A stretch of DNA of 62,685 bases, filler included, from Schmidtea nova (lineage: Eukaryota), in the NCBI GenBank assembly GCA_044892505.1. It is 6 parts of 2 records of this genome, joined end to end, with 100 filler letters (N's around TTAATTAATTAA, not from the genome) between each part and the next. Parts side by side here need not be neighbours in the genome. Positions count along the whole stretch, not along the records: positions 10,860 to 27,541 come from CM097883.1; 5 more parts are not named here. One strand, 5' to 3'. The notes below the pieces were generated by a model. The model saw only the letters and a list, made by a program, of their open reading frames with translations, did not search any database and was not told the DNA's origin. Shown here piece after piece: positions 13,553 through 24,519 of the stretch. Every line of letters starts with the position of its first letter. Position 1 is the stretch's first letter. Both the position numbers and the translations under genes were made by a program.

Positions 13553-13602
<50 letters not shown>
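13553..13602. repeat. (TA)n microsatellite abutting the 5' end of the non-LTR element; other (TA)n tracts at ~12830, ~21670, ~25232 and ~62466
   Basis: Direct reading of the sequence. Confidence 0.95.
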
Positions 13603-13607
<5 letters not shown>

Positions 13608-13634
13608 TCTCTTTTAATTCTTCTCTTTTCAAAA

Positions 13635-16220
13635 ATGATTGCAACTCAAACTCAAATGCCTAATGGTGAATATAAATTTGGAGATGAACAATGTGTTCTC
13701 TCCTCTCGTGTGGATGAGCTGGATGCTTCTTTCAAGAAAATCCTTAGTAAGCTTGATTTGATTGTTAATTTTTTTAATTTAAATAACAATGAAACACAAT
13801 TATTTGATAAAAATAATGTTTCTTTTTTTGACAATCTTGCGAAATCGCAACGATTGTATGAGATTGGAAATGCTGATAGTGTTCGATCTGTGGATCAGCA
13901 CCCAAATGTTGATGGATTTACTTTTGGAGATAATAGGAGCATTTCTCTGGTCGGGGACTTGAAAGGGGATAAAATTGAGCCGTCCCAGATAAAAATTAGT
14001 TTATTTAAAAATGATAATAAAAATAAATCTCAGTTTATTTCAGCATATTCAGAAAAGGTTAATTTTCCAGAGCTTAAACTGGACAATTCGATCAATGGAA
14101 AATCAAATGAAAGTTTTTTTGTGGGAGTGGAAGTAGAAAAGAAGTCTGCTGAACTTGAGAAGTCAAATTCCATAGTTAAGATTAAGTTTGATGGGAAAAA
14201 TCCTGATATAAGTCATGTAAAACATTTTTCAAAGTTTGAACGTTTCTTAACGAGTTTCCCACGTCACCTTTATAAAAGAGAAAGACAAAAACTTTTTGAA
14301 TCATTCCCACAACTTTCCCAATTGATTAAATTAAGAGATTCAGCACAGAAATTTTCTAAAATAAATAATTTACTAGGTAAAATTCCGAGAAAGGACAACT
14401 TGCTGTTTATCGCTGGATTTAGTAAGCTCTTTTATAGAAATAGATATATTTGTGTCCTTGTTGAGTTTGGGCCCACTGATTACAAACCAAACGCTCTTGA
14501 TGGTAAAACATCTAAAAATAAAACTTACCTAATAGGCTCCAAAGTTATTGAACCCTTGAGTAACCGTAATAAGTTTATTCCTGCCTCTCTTTGCATAAAG
14601 AAGTTTCTTTATGCCCTCACAGATAGATTTTCAGGAACTATTACGATAAAGAATGTTAAGGATCGGGAGATCCGAATTAATAAAATTTTAGACGAACTAA
14701 AACAAAGTGGAGAGATTCCGAATTTCTTAATCAATTCTCAGTTAAAGTATTCAAATGGAGAGTTTCTTCTGTTAGACCTTATTAATTCCGATGAATTAGT
14801 TGGCGACAGCACTGATCTAAACCCAATCGATCTTTCTCGCTCTGAATTGGAAGAATTAACAAGATCCTTTCCTGAAATTCCAAAGCTCTACTTTATGGAA
14901 AACGTGAACAGGTATCCTGATTTATTATTTAATTTAATTAAAGAATTAAAAACTATAAAACATTTTCCTAATGAGATTTCATTTGTTGGGGGTAAATTTG
15001 TTAAAAATAAAATTTTTCAAAACTCTGTTGGACTGCACGATAATGGTGCGTCTGACATAATGTTTAATCTTGGCTTATTAGACTTTGTAGAAATGTCAAA
15101 TGTGGACATTGAGTTCAATAAATTATTAAAACAGCCTCAGTCACCTGAAAAATTAATTAATATAATATTTTACTTAAATTACCTAAACGTACAGGGATCT
15201 TTAAAATGCAAAATAAATTTATCATTTAATATATATGTTTATAATTACATTCGTAACTGCTTCCTAATGCACTCGATTGTGAAGCTTGAGAGTGTAGACT
15301 CCTTATGCTGCGATAATATTGAATCCTGGGCTATGGAACTAATTAAAAAACTACCTACCAACTCCTATTACAACAAAAGCTGCCAAGAGCGCTTCCTAAA
15401 ACTCAAACAAACTTTTATACTTCAAGAGATCGATAAGATAAACAACATCATCTCTCCAAAAACTATTTTGGATATTAACAACTTCTTTGATTCTATCGAT
15501 AATCTTTTGCCAAATAAAGCACAACAACTAACAGCACTTGAAAATATAGGACGTGGAATTAACGAATTCCAAGACGATTTGGATAACTCAAACACCTTGA
15601 AAGCGAAAAGACTCTTATTCTTTCTTATTAGAGATAAAAAAACTTTTCTTTTAAAAAATAAATTTACCTTCCGCGTTCCCAAGTACTGTAGAAAGATTTG
15701 TACTCCAGAAATGAGCGAAGGTATATCTAGAATCTTATGCTCTATTAAGCTAACTGTCAATGAAAAACTTGCTATAGAAAAGGTTGATAAGCCTGTGATG
15801 GGGAACAATGAGAATACTGAAAAGCTTGTAAACGAGCCTCTTTTTTCTATTCCTGAATGCGATGAAGCTGAAATAAATTACAATTTGGTAGAAAACCCTA
15901 CAAATAAATTTCCTGTCGATATTGATGAAAATTTGACATCAAACACTGAATTAATTGATAGTGAGTCTCAAGACTCTTCGAAAAGCCTATTAAAAAAACC
16001 AAACGTATGGCTATCAAAAACAAATGAAGTTGTGTGCCTGCACCAGTCTCAATATCTGCCCCAATCTCAACAGAGACTGATGCAGACAGCACATTTCCTA
16101 AAAAATTTAAACCATCTAAAATCACAAATATATTGCGTGATCCTAAAATATGGTTTACTGATGATGACATTGATAACTATCTTGAATGTCATATCAATGA
16201 CCCTAAATTTGCTCCAATAA
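13635..16220 (+). CDS. N-terminal ~800 aa of the retrotransposon polyprotein (function unknown)
   Basis: Open 861-codon frame; the reading frame appears to shift near 16030 into the protease region. Confidence 0.7.
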   Translation: MIATQTQMPNGEYKFGDEQCVLSSRVDELDASFKKILSKLDLIVNFFNLNNNETQLFDKNNVSFFDNLAKSQRLYEIGNADSVRSVDQHPNVDGFTFGDNRSISLVGDLKGDKIEPSQIKISLFKNDNKNKSQFISAYSEKVNFPELKLDNSINGKSNESFFVGVEVEKKSAELEKSNSIVKIKFDGKNPDISHVKHFSKFERFLTSFPRHLYKRERQKLFESFPQLSQLIKLRDSAQKFSKINNLLGKIPRKDNLLFIAGFSKLFYRNRYICVLVEFGPTDYKPNALDGKTSKNKTYLIGSKVIEPLSNRNKFIPASLCIKKFLYALTDRFSGTITIKNVKDREIRINKILDELKQSGEIPNFLINSQLKYSNGEFLLLDLINSDELVGDSTDLNPIDLSRSELEELTRSFPEIPKLYFMENVNRYPDLLFNLIKELKTIKHFPNEISFVGGKFVKNKIFQNSVGLHDNGASDIMFNLGLLDFVEMSNVDIEFNKLLKQPQSPEKLINIIFYLNYLNVQGSLKCKINLSFNIYVYNYIRNCFLMHSIVKLESVDSLCCDNIESWAMELIKKLPTNSYYNKSCQERFLKLKQTFILQEIDKINNIISPKTILDINNFFDSIDNLLPNKAQQLTALENIGRGINEFQDDLDNSNTLKAKRLLFFLIRDKKTFLLKNKFTFRVPKYCRKICTPEMSEGISRILCSIKLTVNEKLAIEKVDKPVMGNNENTEKLVNEPLFSIPECDEAEINYNLVENPTNKFPVDIDENLTSNTELIDSESQDSSKSLLKKPNVWLSKTNEVVCLHQSQYLPQSQQRLMQTAHFLKNLNHLKSQIYCVILKYGLLMMTLITILNVISMTLNLLQ

Positions 16221-16640
16221 AATGCTTTCAATTAGAAATCTTACGGGCAAATCTTTGCGAAACCATTTTTCGAATGCCAGACAGAGTAATATCTGCGCAA
16301 ACTCTATAAACTCAATAAATATTAATAAAACTCATTGGATTATTTTTGTGTATTGTAAAACTTCATTAACTTCATACTTTGTAGATCCTCTTTTCAACAA
16401 CCGCCATTCGTTGACCAATAGATTTGACGCTCTTCAAACTACAATAGTTTTGAATCGTCTTTTTAACCTTAAAGCTGCACTATTTTTCCACCCACATAAA
16501 AATTTTGTCTACCAAAATAATAACTATGACTGTGGGCCTTACATCTGTGCTTATGCTATGATGATAAGTGGTACATGGCAAAAATTTCCTTATGATTTTA
16601 TAGAAAATATCAGAAAAGATGTCTACCAATTTAAACTTAC
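16034..16640 (+). CDS. Ulp1/C48-like cysteine protease domain with intact catalytic residues (frameshift near 16300)
   Basis: WFTDDDIDNYL (cf. WLNDEVINFY), NKTHWIIFV (His), YFVDPL (Asp), QNNNYDCGPYICAY (Gln/Cys). Confidence 0.85.
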
Positions 16641-18212
16641 TTTAAATAACATAGTCCCAAAATCATCTGGAGGTGGTGAATCTAAACTCACTAACCCTAA
16701 GAGAGTGAAAAAAGACAAAACTCTAAATATTTCTAATAAACACGACCACATCTTCCTTATGAAACGTAATGCCTGCATCTCGTCTTTGATTACCTAATGG
16801 TTTAAAGACCATAAAGACATCTTGGTCCTACACTAAATATAATCTCTAGAAATAACTCATTTATTAGAGAAAATGTCACTTTTAAAAATTTTCTCGGGAT
16901 TAACCATGTCATCAGTGTTATCCCAAATGATAATTACTGGTGTTTATATCTTTTTTCTATTACACATGGTGCAAGTTACGTTTTTAACAATCAAGAAAAA
17001 CCTTTTTCTGACCGTTTACTTGGCATCGGCGAAAATATTACTGACTACTTGAATAAGTTCTTTCTATCAACAAACATTTCTTTTAAACCTAACCACGGCT
17101 TGGAACTGGTGCCCAACATCTCTGATGATACAATTCTCTTTGCGTCGGTTTTTATTAAGCTTCTTGAGAAACTTTTGTTTAATAAAGTTATTCATTTTTT
17201 AAATATACACAAATCATTAAACTCAATAAAATTAAGGGAAACAAATGAAATCTCTCAGAATCTAAACTCACATATTCTAAAATTTCGGATAAAATAATTT
17301 CAATGTTTTTTGATAATTTAAATTTACCCAAGACTTTTTTTTATTGAGTGCGACCATGTGTACGGCTATTCTTGACGATTGTACTCAACACATAAATGAT
17401 TTTCTGAATTTTGAAAATATATGCAAATCACAAATCATCTTTGCGATTGTTGCTCCCCCTAAACAACGTGAAATTTTGCTCATTCTCGATTATAGTGTTG
17501 ACACCTTTTATCTTGTAAACCCAACATCTTTAACTGTGAACGACAATTATCTGTCTCCTTGCAGAATTCTGAGAAATAAAATAAATGACATAAAAGATAC
17601 ACCTGGCCGCGTTTTGAATCTTTCTGAATGTCCCCATGACATCCGCAGCTCAGGTCTTGTTAGTAAAATTCTCTTGTGTGCGTTTATTAATAATTTCTCG
17701 AAAAATTTGCCCCTTGTAAATTTAAACTTGCGCGAGATTAGAGACGTGGTTGGCTCTTTGCTTATCTTTGTCAGGCAGCACGATAATATAGAGAACCCAA
17801 GTAACACTAAAATTATTCATAAAGCTATATTGAGAGTTCCGATAAAACAAAAGAGAACTAATGCTGAACTATTTTTAATTAAATGGGCAAATTATAGCAC
17901 AAATGAAATTATTCATGCGATTATGGAGCAATTCCCTGAAAAAGTGAAACCAGCTAAAAAACCATACTTGGGAACCAAAATTAAAACTTCTAAAATTAGC
18001 AAAAATAAATTAATCGATTTATTCATGAAAGATATGAAGTCAGCTGTCAATAAGGTCATCAACAATTTCGATGTACCGGCTCGACCAACTTTTCAGAACA
18101 TAGTTAAAAACTTTTCACATGAAACACCTGCACGTGGGCATTGGAAGAAACTATTTGACTTTTGTAAACACTCTCAAAATGTACTTCCTCTGAATGCTTC
18201 TCGAATAGGGAA

Positions 18213-19600
18213 GTGATGTATGAACTTAGGAGGGCTGACAACACTAGTCCTGGTATTGATGGATTACAATATCGTGACTTGTTGCGTCTAGATCCTGATG
18301 GTCATATACTTACTTTCTTGTTCAACAAGATCATTACAGAAAAGTCCATACCGGTTAGTTGGAAGGTCTACAAAACCACTCTAATCCCGAAACCTAATAA
18401 AAATGATAAATATTCAGATATATCATCCTGGCGCCCGATTGCCTTGCTATCCGTCATCTACAAAGTTTTTGCGTCCTGTATAACCACTCGTCTTGCATGC
18501 TGGATAAACTCTAATAAACTATTACATGTTGGACAAAAAGGTGGCTCCCAACATGAAGGTTGCGTTGAACACAACTCGATTCTGTCTGCTGCTCTGGAAC
18601 ATTCCAAATATAGTAAAAACTGTCCTCTTTCCATTGCTTGGCTCGACATAAAAGATGCTTTTGGTAGTGTCCCACATGATTACATGTGGTCCTTACTCCG
18701 ATACACTGGGGTAAGTGAAGACTTTACCTCCATCTTACAATTTTTATATTCTGACACGAGCTCCTTCTATAGTTGTGGTCCTATTCTGACACCAAAGATC
18801 CCAATTAAAAAGGGTGTCAAGCAAGGATGTCCCATCTCCATGATTTTGTTTGCTTTGGCGATTAATCCTGTGTTGGAAGCTGTTTCCAGAACAGTCTGTG
18901 ATGCTTTTGCTATTGGAGAATCATCTGTCAAAATTCTCGCGTATGCAGATGACATCGCATTTTCGCTAAATCTCCTAATGACCTGCAAAAACTCATTAAC
19001 ACTGCTGTCACAACTGCAACTAATATAGGCTTTGAATATCGGCCAGAGAAATGTGCTTATCTGCAACTTCCTAGAATTCACATTGACAGTGAAATTTCAA
19101 TCAATGGAGTTAAAATTAAAAAAACTACTGTCTAATGAATTTTATCAATACCTAGGTGTGCCAGTTGGCGAAGGAACTGACCAAAGTCCTTACGACATTC
19201 TACTGGAGGCACTCAAAGACACCAAAAAACTTGCTGATTCGGATTTGCTTGGGTAGCAAAAACTTAAAGCTTACAAAGTATTTATCCATTCTCGCTTGAT
19301 CTTCCCTTTTAGAACCCGTGAAATTAAAACTAGTGCACTTTCAAAATCTTATGATAATAAAAATCTTTCAGTTAACATCACGAGCCAGTTAAGGAAAACC
19401 TTAAGAAAAATGCTGCTTTTGCCTAATCACTCGGAAGTGAGTTATTTCTACAATTCAACTGAAAATGGGGGAGCAAACTGTGTTGATCTCCTCGACGAAT
19501 ATCACACACAGACTATCACACACTTTTTTCGATTAATCACGTCACAGTGTGACTTTGCAAGGAAAATTAATCTTGACTCTTTAGCTTTTGTCACCAGTCC
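18213..19600 (+). CDS. Non-LTR reverse transcriptase domain (frameshifted at ~18960 and ~19125; TAG at 19254)
   Basis: SPGIDG, LIPK, WRPIAL, LDIKDAFGSVPH, GVKQGCPIS, AYADD, PEKC, YQYLGV, GGAN. Confidence 0.95.
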
Positions 19601-19642
19601 ACGTGTTGGGATAAAAAATCCAACTCTTCAGGAAAGTCTTGA

Positions 19643-20641
19643 ATGGCTCAATGGAAAAGAGTCTCTTTCCCCCCATTCTGGAAAGAAAACTCGATTTCAA
19701 AGAGTTGGATTGCGATTGCTTTTTTTGAGAAGACGCACGACATCAACATCACGTTTACTATCACCAATAATGTACTATGTCTCTATATTAACACGAACGC
19801 ACGTGGTACATGTATTGTAACTCCCGACGAACGTGAGACCACGGCAAAAGTGTTGCACTTAGCGCTCAATGATTCATACTTGGTTAAATGGGAAAAAAGC
19901 TGTGTCTCAAACATTATCGCTTCAGCTGTAAAGCTTTCACCGACAGTAAACAAAGCTATCTATCGCAGTGATTTATCCGAGTTTGCTTGGAACTTTGTCC
20001 ATAGAGCACGCACCAACACTCTTTCCACCCTTGCAAAGCCTTATAATAGTGGAGAGGAAAGACTCTGTCGTCGATGTCATGATGAGGATGAAACCTCACC
20101 ACATGTACTTCAATCGTGCAAAGTTCATATGACTTTGGGCTCTGAACGACACGATGCTTGCCTTAAACTCATTTCTAATCCTCTCCAACTTAATAAAAAC
20201 CTAATTGTTGTTGTCAACCATGCCTGTTCACTTGTTCCGAGTTCTAAAGAGCGGGTGGATTTGCTGATAACTGATGTTCTTAGAAAAAGAATCTTCCTTG
20301 TTGACCTTAAATGTCCGAGTGATTCTTTATGTAACTTTGAGCGTGTAAATTTATTGAATTTGGAAAAATACAACTCTCTGAAAATCGATATTCAAACTGT
20401 CAAGTCTGACTTTAAAGTTGAACTCGATATTTGCATTATAGGCGCTCTTGGCTCTTTTCCTGTAGAAACTCCTCAGATCCTTCAGAAAATTGGCATAAAT
20501 AAAGGCCAGGTGGCTGGGTTATTAAAAAAGTGTGCAATTAGTAATATTGCAATCTCGGCAAAACGATGGTACTTCCACAAGAATGGTACACTGCCCATTT
20601 TCGAAAACGAGGAGCAATTCATTCGAATTAACAACAACTAA
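19643..20641 (+). CDS. CCHC zinc knuckle plus restriction-like endonuclease (RLE) C-terminus
   Basis: CRRCHDEDETSPHVLQSC, RHD, RVDLL...LVDLKCP, EKYNSL, IIGALGS. Confidence 0.92.
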   Translation: MAQWKRVSFPPFWKENSISKSWIAIAFFEKTHDINITFTITNNVLCLYINTNARGTCIVTPDERETTAKVLHLALNDSYLVKWEKSCVSNIIASAVKLSPTVNKAIYRSDLSEFAWNFVHRARTNTLSTLAKPYNSGEERLCRRCHDEDETSPHVLQSCKVHMTLGSERHDACLKLISNPLQLNKNLIVVVNHACSLVPSSKERVDLLITDVLRKRIFLVDLKCPSDSLCNFERVNLLNLEKYNSLKIDIQTVKSDFKVELDICIIGALGSFPVETPQILQKIGINKGQVAGLLKKCAISNIAISAKRWYFHKNGTLPIFENEEQFIRINNN

Positions 20642-20748
20642 ACGAGTCTGAATTCAACCGATGTCGTTCGATCTCGGAAGTTAAGCAGGTTAAGGCCTCG
20701 TTAGTACTTGGATGGGTGACCGCCTGGGAATACGAGGTGCTGTGAAAC
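20642..20748 (+). rRNA. 5S rRNA: 5S rRNA gene or gene segment, nt ~13-119, followed by a TTTT Pol III terminator; 5' ~12 nt diverged
   Basis: gatctcggaagttaagcagg...ttagtacttggatgggtgaccgcctgggaatac matches the eukaryotic 5S consensus (box A/IE/box C). cctcg/cgagg pairs by compensatory changes. T-runs start at 20749 and 20761. Confidence 0.93.
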
Positions 20749-20887
20749 TTTTCAAACTTCTTTTTTTTTTTTTAAATTTATTTCCTTTTCCTTTTTTATT
20801 TTTGATAACAATTACTTAACTTTGTTAGATATTTATTTAATTTTTTTTTAAATTTAAATTAAAAGTTTGAAATATCATAGCATTGTT

Positions 20888-21007
20888 TAAATAATCTCTT
20901 TTAATTCTTCTCTTTTCAAAAATGATTGCAACTCAAACTGAAATGCCTAATGGTGAATATAAATTTGGAGATGAACAATGTGTTCTCTCCTCTCGTGTGG
21001 ATAAGCT
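20888..21007 (+). repeat. 120-bp direct repeat of 13601-13720 (118/120 identical), including the ORF start
   Basis: Manual alignment; differences at repeat positions 53 and 116. Confidence 0.95.
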
Positions 21008-21748
21008 TGTTAGTTTTGGAGGGTTTTTTTTTCTTGATTCACTTTTATTTACCTTTTTTCTTTCCTTTCTTAATTATTTCTTATTTACTACTTCATTTTG
21101 TTTATAAATTTCTATCTTTGACCTGAAAACATCTTACCCTCTTTTTCTTGACGTTTTGCTCCGGTGAATAAACACTGTTTCCTCGTCCAGGAACAGCGTC
21201 TAGCTAATTATTATTTTTCCTTTAGCTCAATCAAAAGAAAATTTTAATCTTTAAAGAAAACTTACAGATAATTACTGTACATTTTCGAATACTTGACAAA
21301 ATCTGGAGAAACTTACTAAGAACTGAAAATCCGGAATTTAAATCTAAAGAAGAATACCTTTACCACTGATGACAATACAAACAATTTCAAGTGACAATAG
21401 AACACCAAAATGATTCCGATTGTTCGAAATCAAAGAGAAGTTTATCCAATATTGCAATGCCGGAATCCAAATCCGATGAAGATCACATTCACTGCCAGGG
21501 ACAATACAGGCAAATTCGAGTGACAATCGAGTCGAGAAAACCCTGAATATCATCCAATTGATCCAGATATTTCAGACTCTTCTGCCATAGAATATTGTCA
21601 GTATGGGATGCTCCATGTTGAGCTATGTCCCATTGGAAAATTATCATATTTTATTGAAATAAAATTTTATTATATATATATATATATATATATTATCAAT
21701 AGTTCCCATAATGATGACTATAGATCAAAATTTTTTTTATAAACAATA

Positions 21749-21781
21749 ACACAATATTTCGGCACAGCCTTTATCAAGTGT
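21749..21781 (-). ncRNA. Minimal type I hammerhead-like motif, U3-A8 core variant (Penelope pLTR-like)
   Basis: acac-TTGATAA-a-ggc tgt gcc-GAAA-tatt-gtgt: stem I acac/gtgt, stem II ggc/gcc, palindromic stem III AATATT. Confidence 0.65.
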
Positions 21782-22137
21782 GTATTTCCTATGATATATA
21801 TATACACCGTGTTTCAATGAATCCGTTCACCTATAATGCAGGTGAGTGAGATACATCACGGGTTATTATTACTCATTTTTTAAAACTTATTGGAATTAGC
21901 CATTTTAAAATGTCTTTCAGGTAATTTTTGTAATTAGGATAACTTTTAAGTCTTTTATTTTGATCTCATAATGATATGAGATCACTATAAAAGCTTTAAA
22001 AGGTTATCTTTATTCATCAATTTTATTTTTATTTAATTTTTAAATAATTAGTAGAAAATGTTTATGATATTATGGAATTATTAACATCAAAGGTAAGTAA
22101 AAATTCAATTCTAACTAATATTTATTTGATAAATACA

Positions 22138-22494
22138 TTAATCTCCAAATATTTCAATTTTTTGAAAACATTTAGAAAAAAATCGGCGAATGTGTAAGAA
22201 AAAGTTTTCCAAATCTTTATATTCATCTTTATTTAATTCGATTTCAAGAGCTTTTTTCACCAAACAAAATATATCTTGGAAAGACATAGCGGAGAAGCCA
22301 TTTGATTGTGAAATTGTCTTCCTTAAACTGCATTTGATTTTGCTAAATAAACTTTCGATTGGGATTAGTTTATTGAGGAACTTTCCCATTTCCTCCAAGG
22401 TTGCACCAACAATGTTTTCTACAAAATCTAACAACTTAATCCCTGTTTCTTCTGAAATTTGAGGCTTGCTACCACCTCTTTCTGATAGGTGGCC
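22138..22494 (-). mobile_element. Internally deleted Tc1/IS630-like transposase remnant
   Basis: HTH-like RGGSKPQISEETGIKLLDFVENIVGATLEEM joined directly to LIPIESLFSKIK (cf. LNPIE..W..LK). Confidence 0.5.
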
Positions 22495-23773
22495 ATATTT
22501 TTCATATTTATAAATTATTTTTTTATAGAATTTTTTGGTAGGCCAAGTAAGCTTCTCAAATGGAAGTATTTTCTTTTGCGTTTATGATTCTTGCTTTGTC
22601 GATATCTAAAATCCTATAAAAATCAAATAACTTTAAATATTTATTATTTCATCTTACGATTTTCGAACATTTTTTCGGATATCGGATGAAATGCAGTTGT
22701 ACGATGTTCCTGGAATATCTGAAAGGCTAAGACCATAATAAATATTTTTACCATTTTCCTAATTCATCTTCACGAAATACCATTGTTTCCAGTGAATTGT
22801 CTGAAAAACTGGGAAAATATAAATTTTTCAATACTTAAATTATAATACTTACGATGATATTTTATCATTTTCGCGGAAACTCAATGTAGATTCATCAGAT
22901 CCAATTATTGAAATTTTATTTTCGATTTTAATTTTCAATTTTTCTGCTGTTAAAAATTATATATGGTAGCCAGATTGAATAAAACAAAACACACCCATGA
23001 AAGTTACCATCTGTTTTTTTTCTATGTTTTGTGTTTGTGTGTGATTATTTTTTTTCTATCTCTTTGTCTACGACATAATAAATGGCCATTTTCAGTAAAA
23101 CAGCAATGAATTAGGTACAGGTAGGTGTGTATTTTTCTATAATATAAGCTATTTGATTATTATAGGCCGCCATATTCAGTGAAACCCGGTGTATGCAATG
23201 AGTTCTATAGTGGGTAATTAATAGTTCATAACTCATGCTGATTAGGTATGTATGTAGTTGTTGAGGATTTAAGAGCCCAAAACGTTATCCAGTAATAATA
23301 ACTGTGTCTTGACTGTAATGGTGATTGTTTTAAGAGTGTCTGAATGTGTGCGTGTGTATGTAATTATACTATAGGAACAAATAAATAAAGAACAATAAAT
23401 AATTTTACAAATTTTATTCTCTATAGACAACAATAAAATAAAAAAGAACTTGTACTCATGTAATCATAAAACAGTTTGTCATTCATAAATTTTCATCATT
23501 TTTCTCTTAAATATTTTCGATTTCATTTTAATTTCCAATTTTTTATTTGTCATTAGCAATTTCTTCTTATTTTCAAGTCCATCAATTATTTTGTCCTTAG
23601 CAATTTCTATAGCTATTTTATTTAACTATAGAAATTGCCATTTCAATTGATTTTTTTTATTTAATCATAATTATTATAATTATAATTGCAATTATTATGA
23701 CACCATTTAGTAAATATGAAATAAATTACCAACAATAAATATTTTTTAATAAAAATGTCTGTGCGTTACGATT

Positions 23774-23920
23774 TGAATTGCTTCCTTCTTCATATTGAAT
23801 AAAACTGCTATTTTTGAATTTGAATTTGCTTGCTGCTTAATATTGAAAAAACTGCTATTTTTGAATTTGAATTCGCTTGCTGCTTGAATAAAACTACTAT
23901 TTTGAATCTGCTGCTTTGCT
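23774..23920. repeat. About 3 tandem copies of a ~46-bp unit
   Basis: Repeated aaaactgctatttttgaatttgaatt(t/c)gcttgctgctt. Confidence 0.8.
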
Positions 23921-23974
23921 TTTGAGTTTTGTAAATGTCCGTTTATTTTTTAATTCTCCCTTCTTTTTGTAAAT

Positions 23975-24493
23975 TTAAACAATTTGATTAATATTTTTAT
24001 ACATAACTATATTTAATTTAATATATTGTTTGACATCTTTGAATAGGGCGTACCAGGTGACTTTCTGGCGGAGTAGTGCGAAAGTGAATTTATTGTCGGG
24101 GTAATGAAGATTATGAAGGTTAGAGAAACGCTTCTTCGCGGAGTGATTCGTGTAGTATGGGCACAGAGTGTTGGTAAAGGATGTGTTGTAATGTATGCCG
24201 TCAATGAGTTTGTGGGAGTATTTGAACCTGGAAATGTCGATCTCGGAGGGTGGTTTGGAAGCTAGGGGGTATAACGAGAAGATGAGAAAAAAGGATATTG
24301 AGTTTAAAATCGCGCGTGAAAAACAGTCTGCAATTACGTTGTCACCTCCTGCAATGTGTTTAATCTCGAAATCAAAAGATGATAGAAAAACGAGTTGACG
24401 GAACACCCTATTTGAAGGATCTTTCATGGTGAGGCAGTGTAGGAGAGGTTTGTGGTTGGTGAATATTGTGAAATGTCTACTCTCTAAGAAGTG
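23975..24493 (-). mobile_element. Ty3/gypsy RNase H-linker-integrase fragment
   Basis: HFLESRHFTIFTNHKPL...RQLVFLSSFDFEIKHIAGGDNVIADCFSR. Confidence 0.85.
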
Positions 24494-24519
24494 CCGGAAA
24501 TGTTTAACGGACAGTTTTC

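Larger units (their letters stand above)
13601..21007 (+). mobile_element. NeSL/R5/Utopia-like RLE-type non-LTR retrotransposon, near full length, frameshifted, with a 3' 5S rRNA segment and 120-bp terminal direct repeats
   Basis: Domain order: long N-terminal region, Ulp1-like protease, RT, CCHC zinc knuckle, PD-(D/E)xK endonuclease. The Ulp1-RT-RLE layout is characteristic of the NeSL clade. About 8 frameshifts plus stops. Confidence 0.85.

Noticed and set aside
13394-13644. IYIYIY-rich ORFs, and X-containing ORFs across gaps
   Set aside because: These are artefacts of (TA)n microsatellites and N runs.
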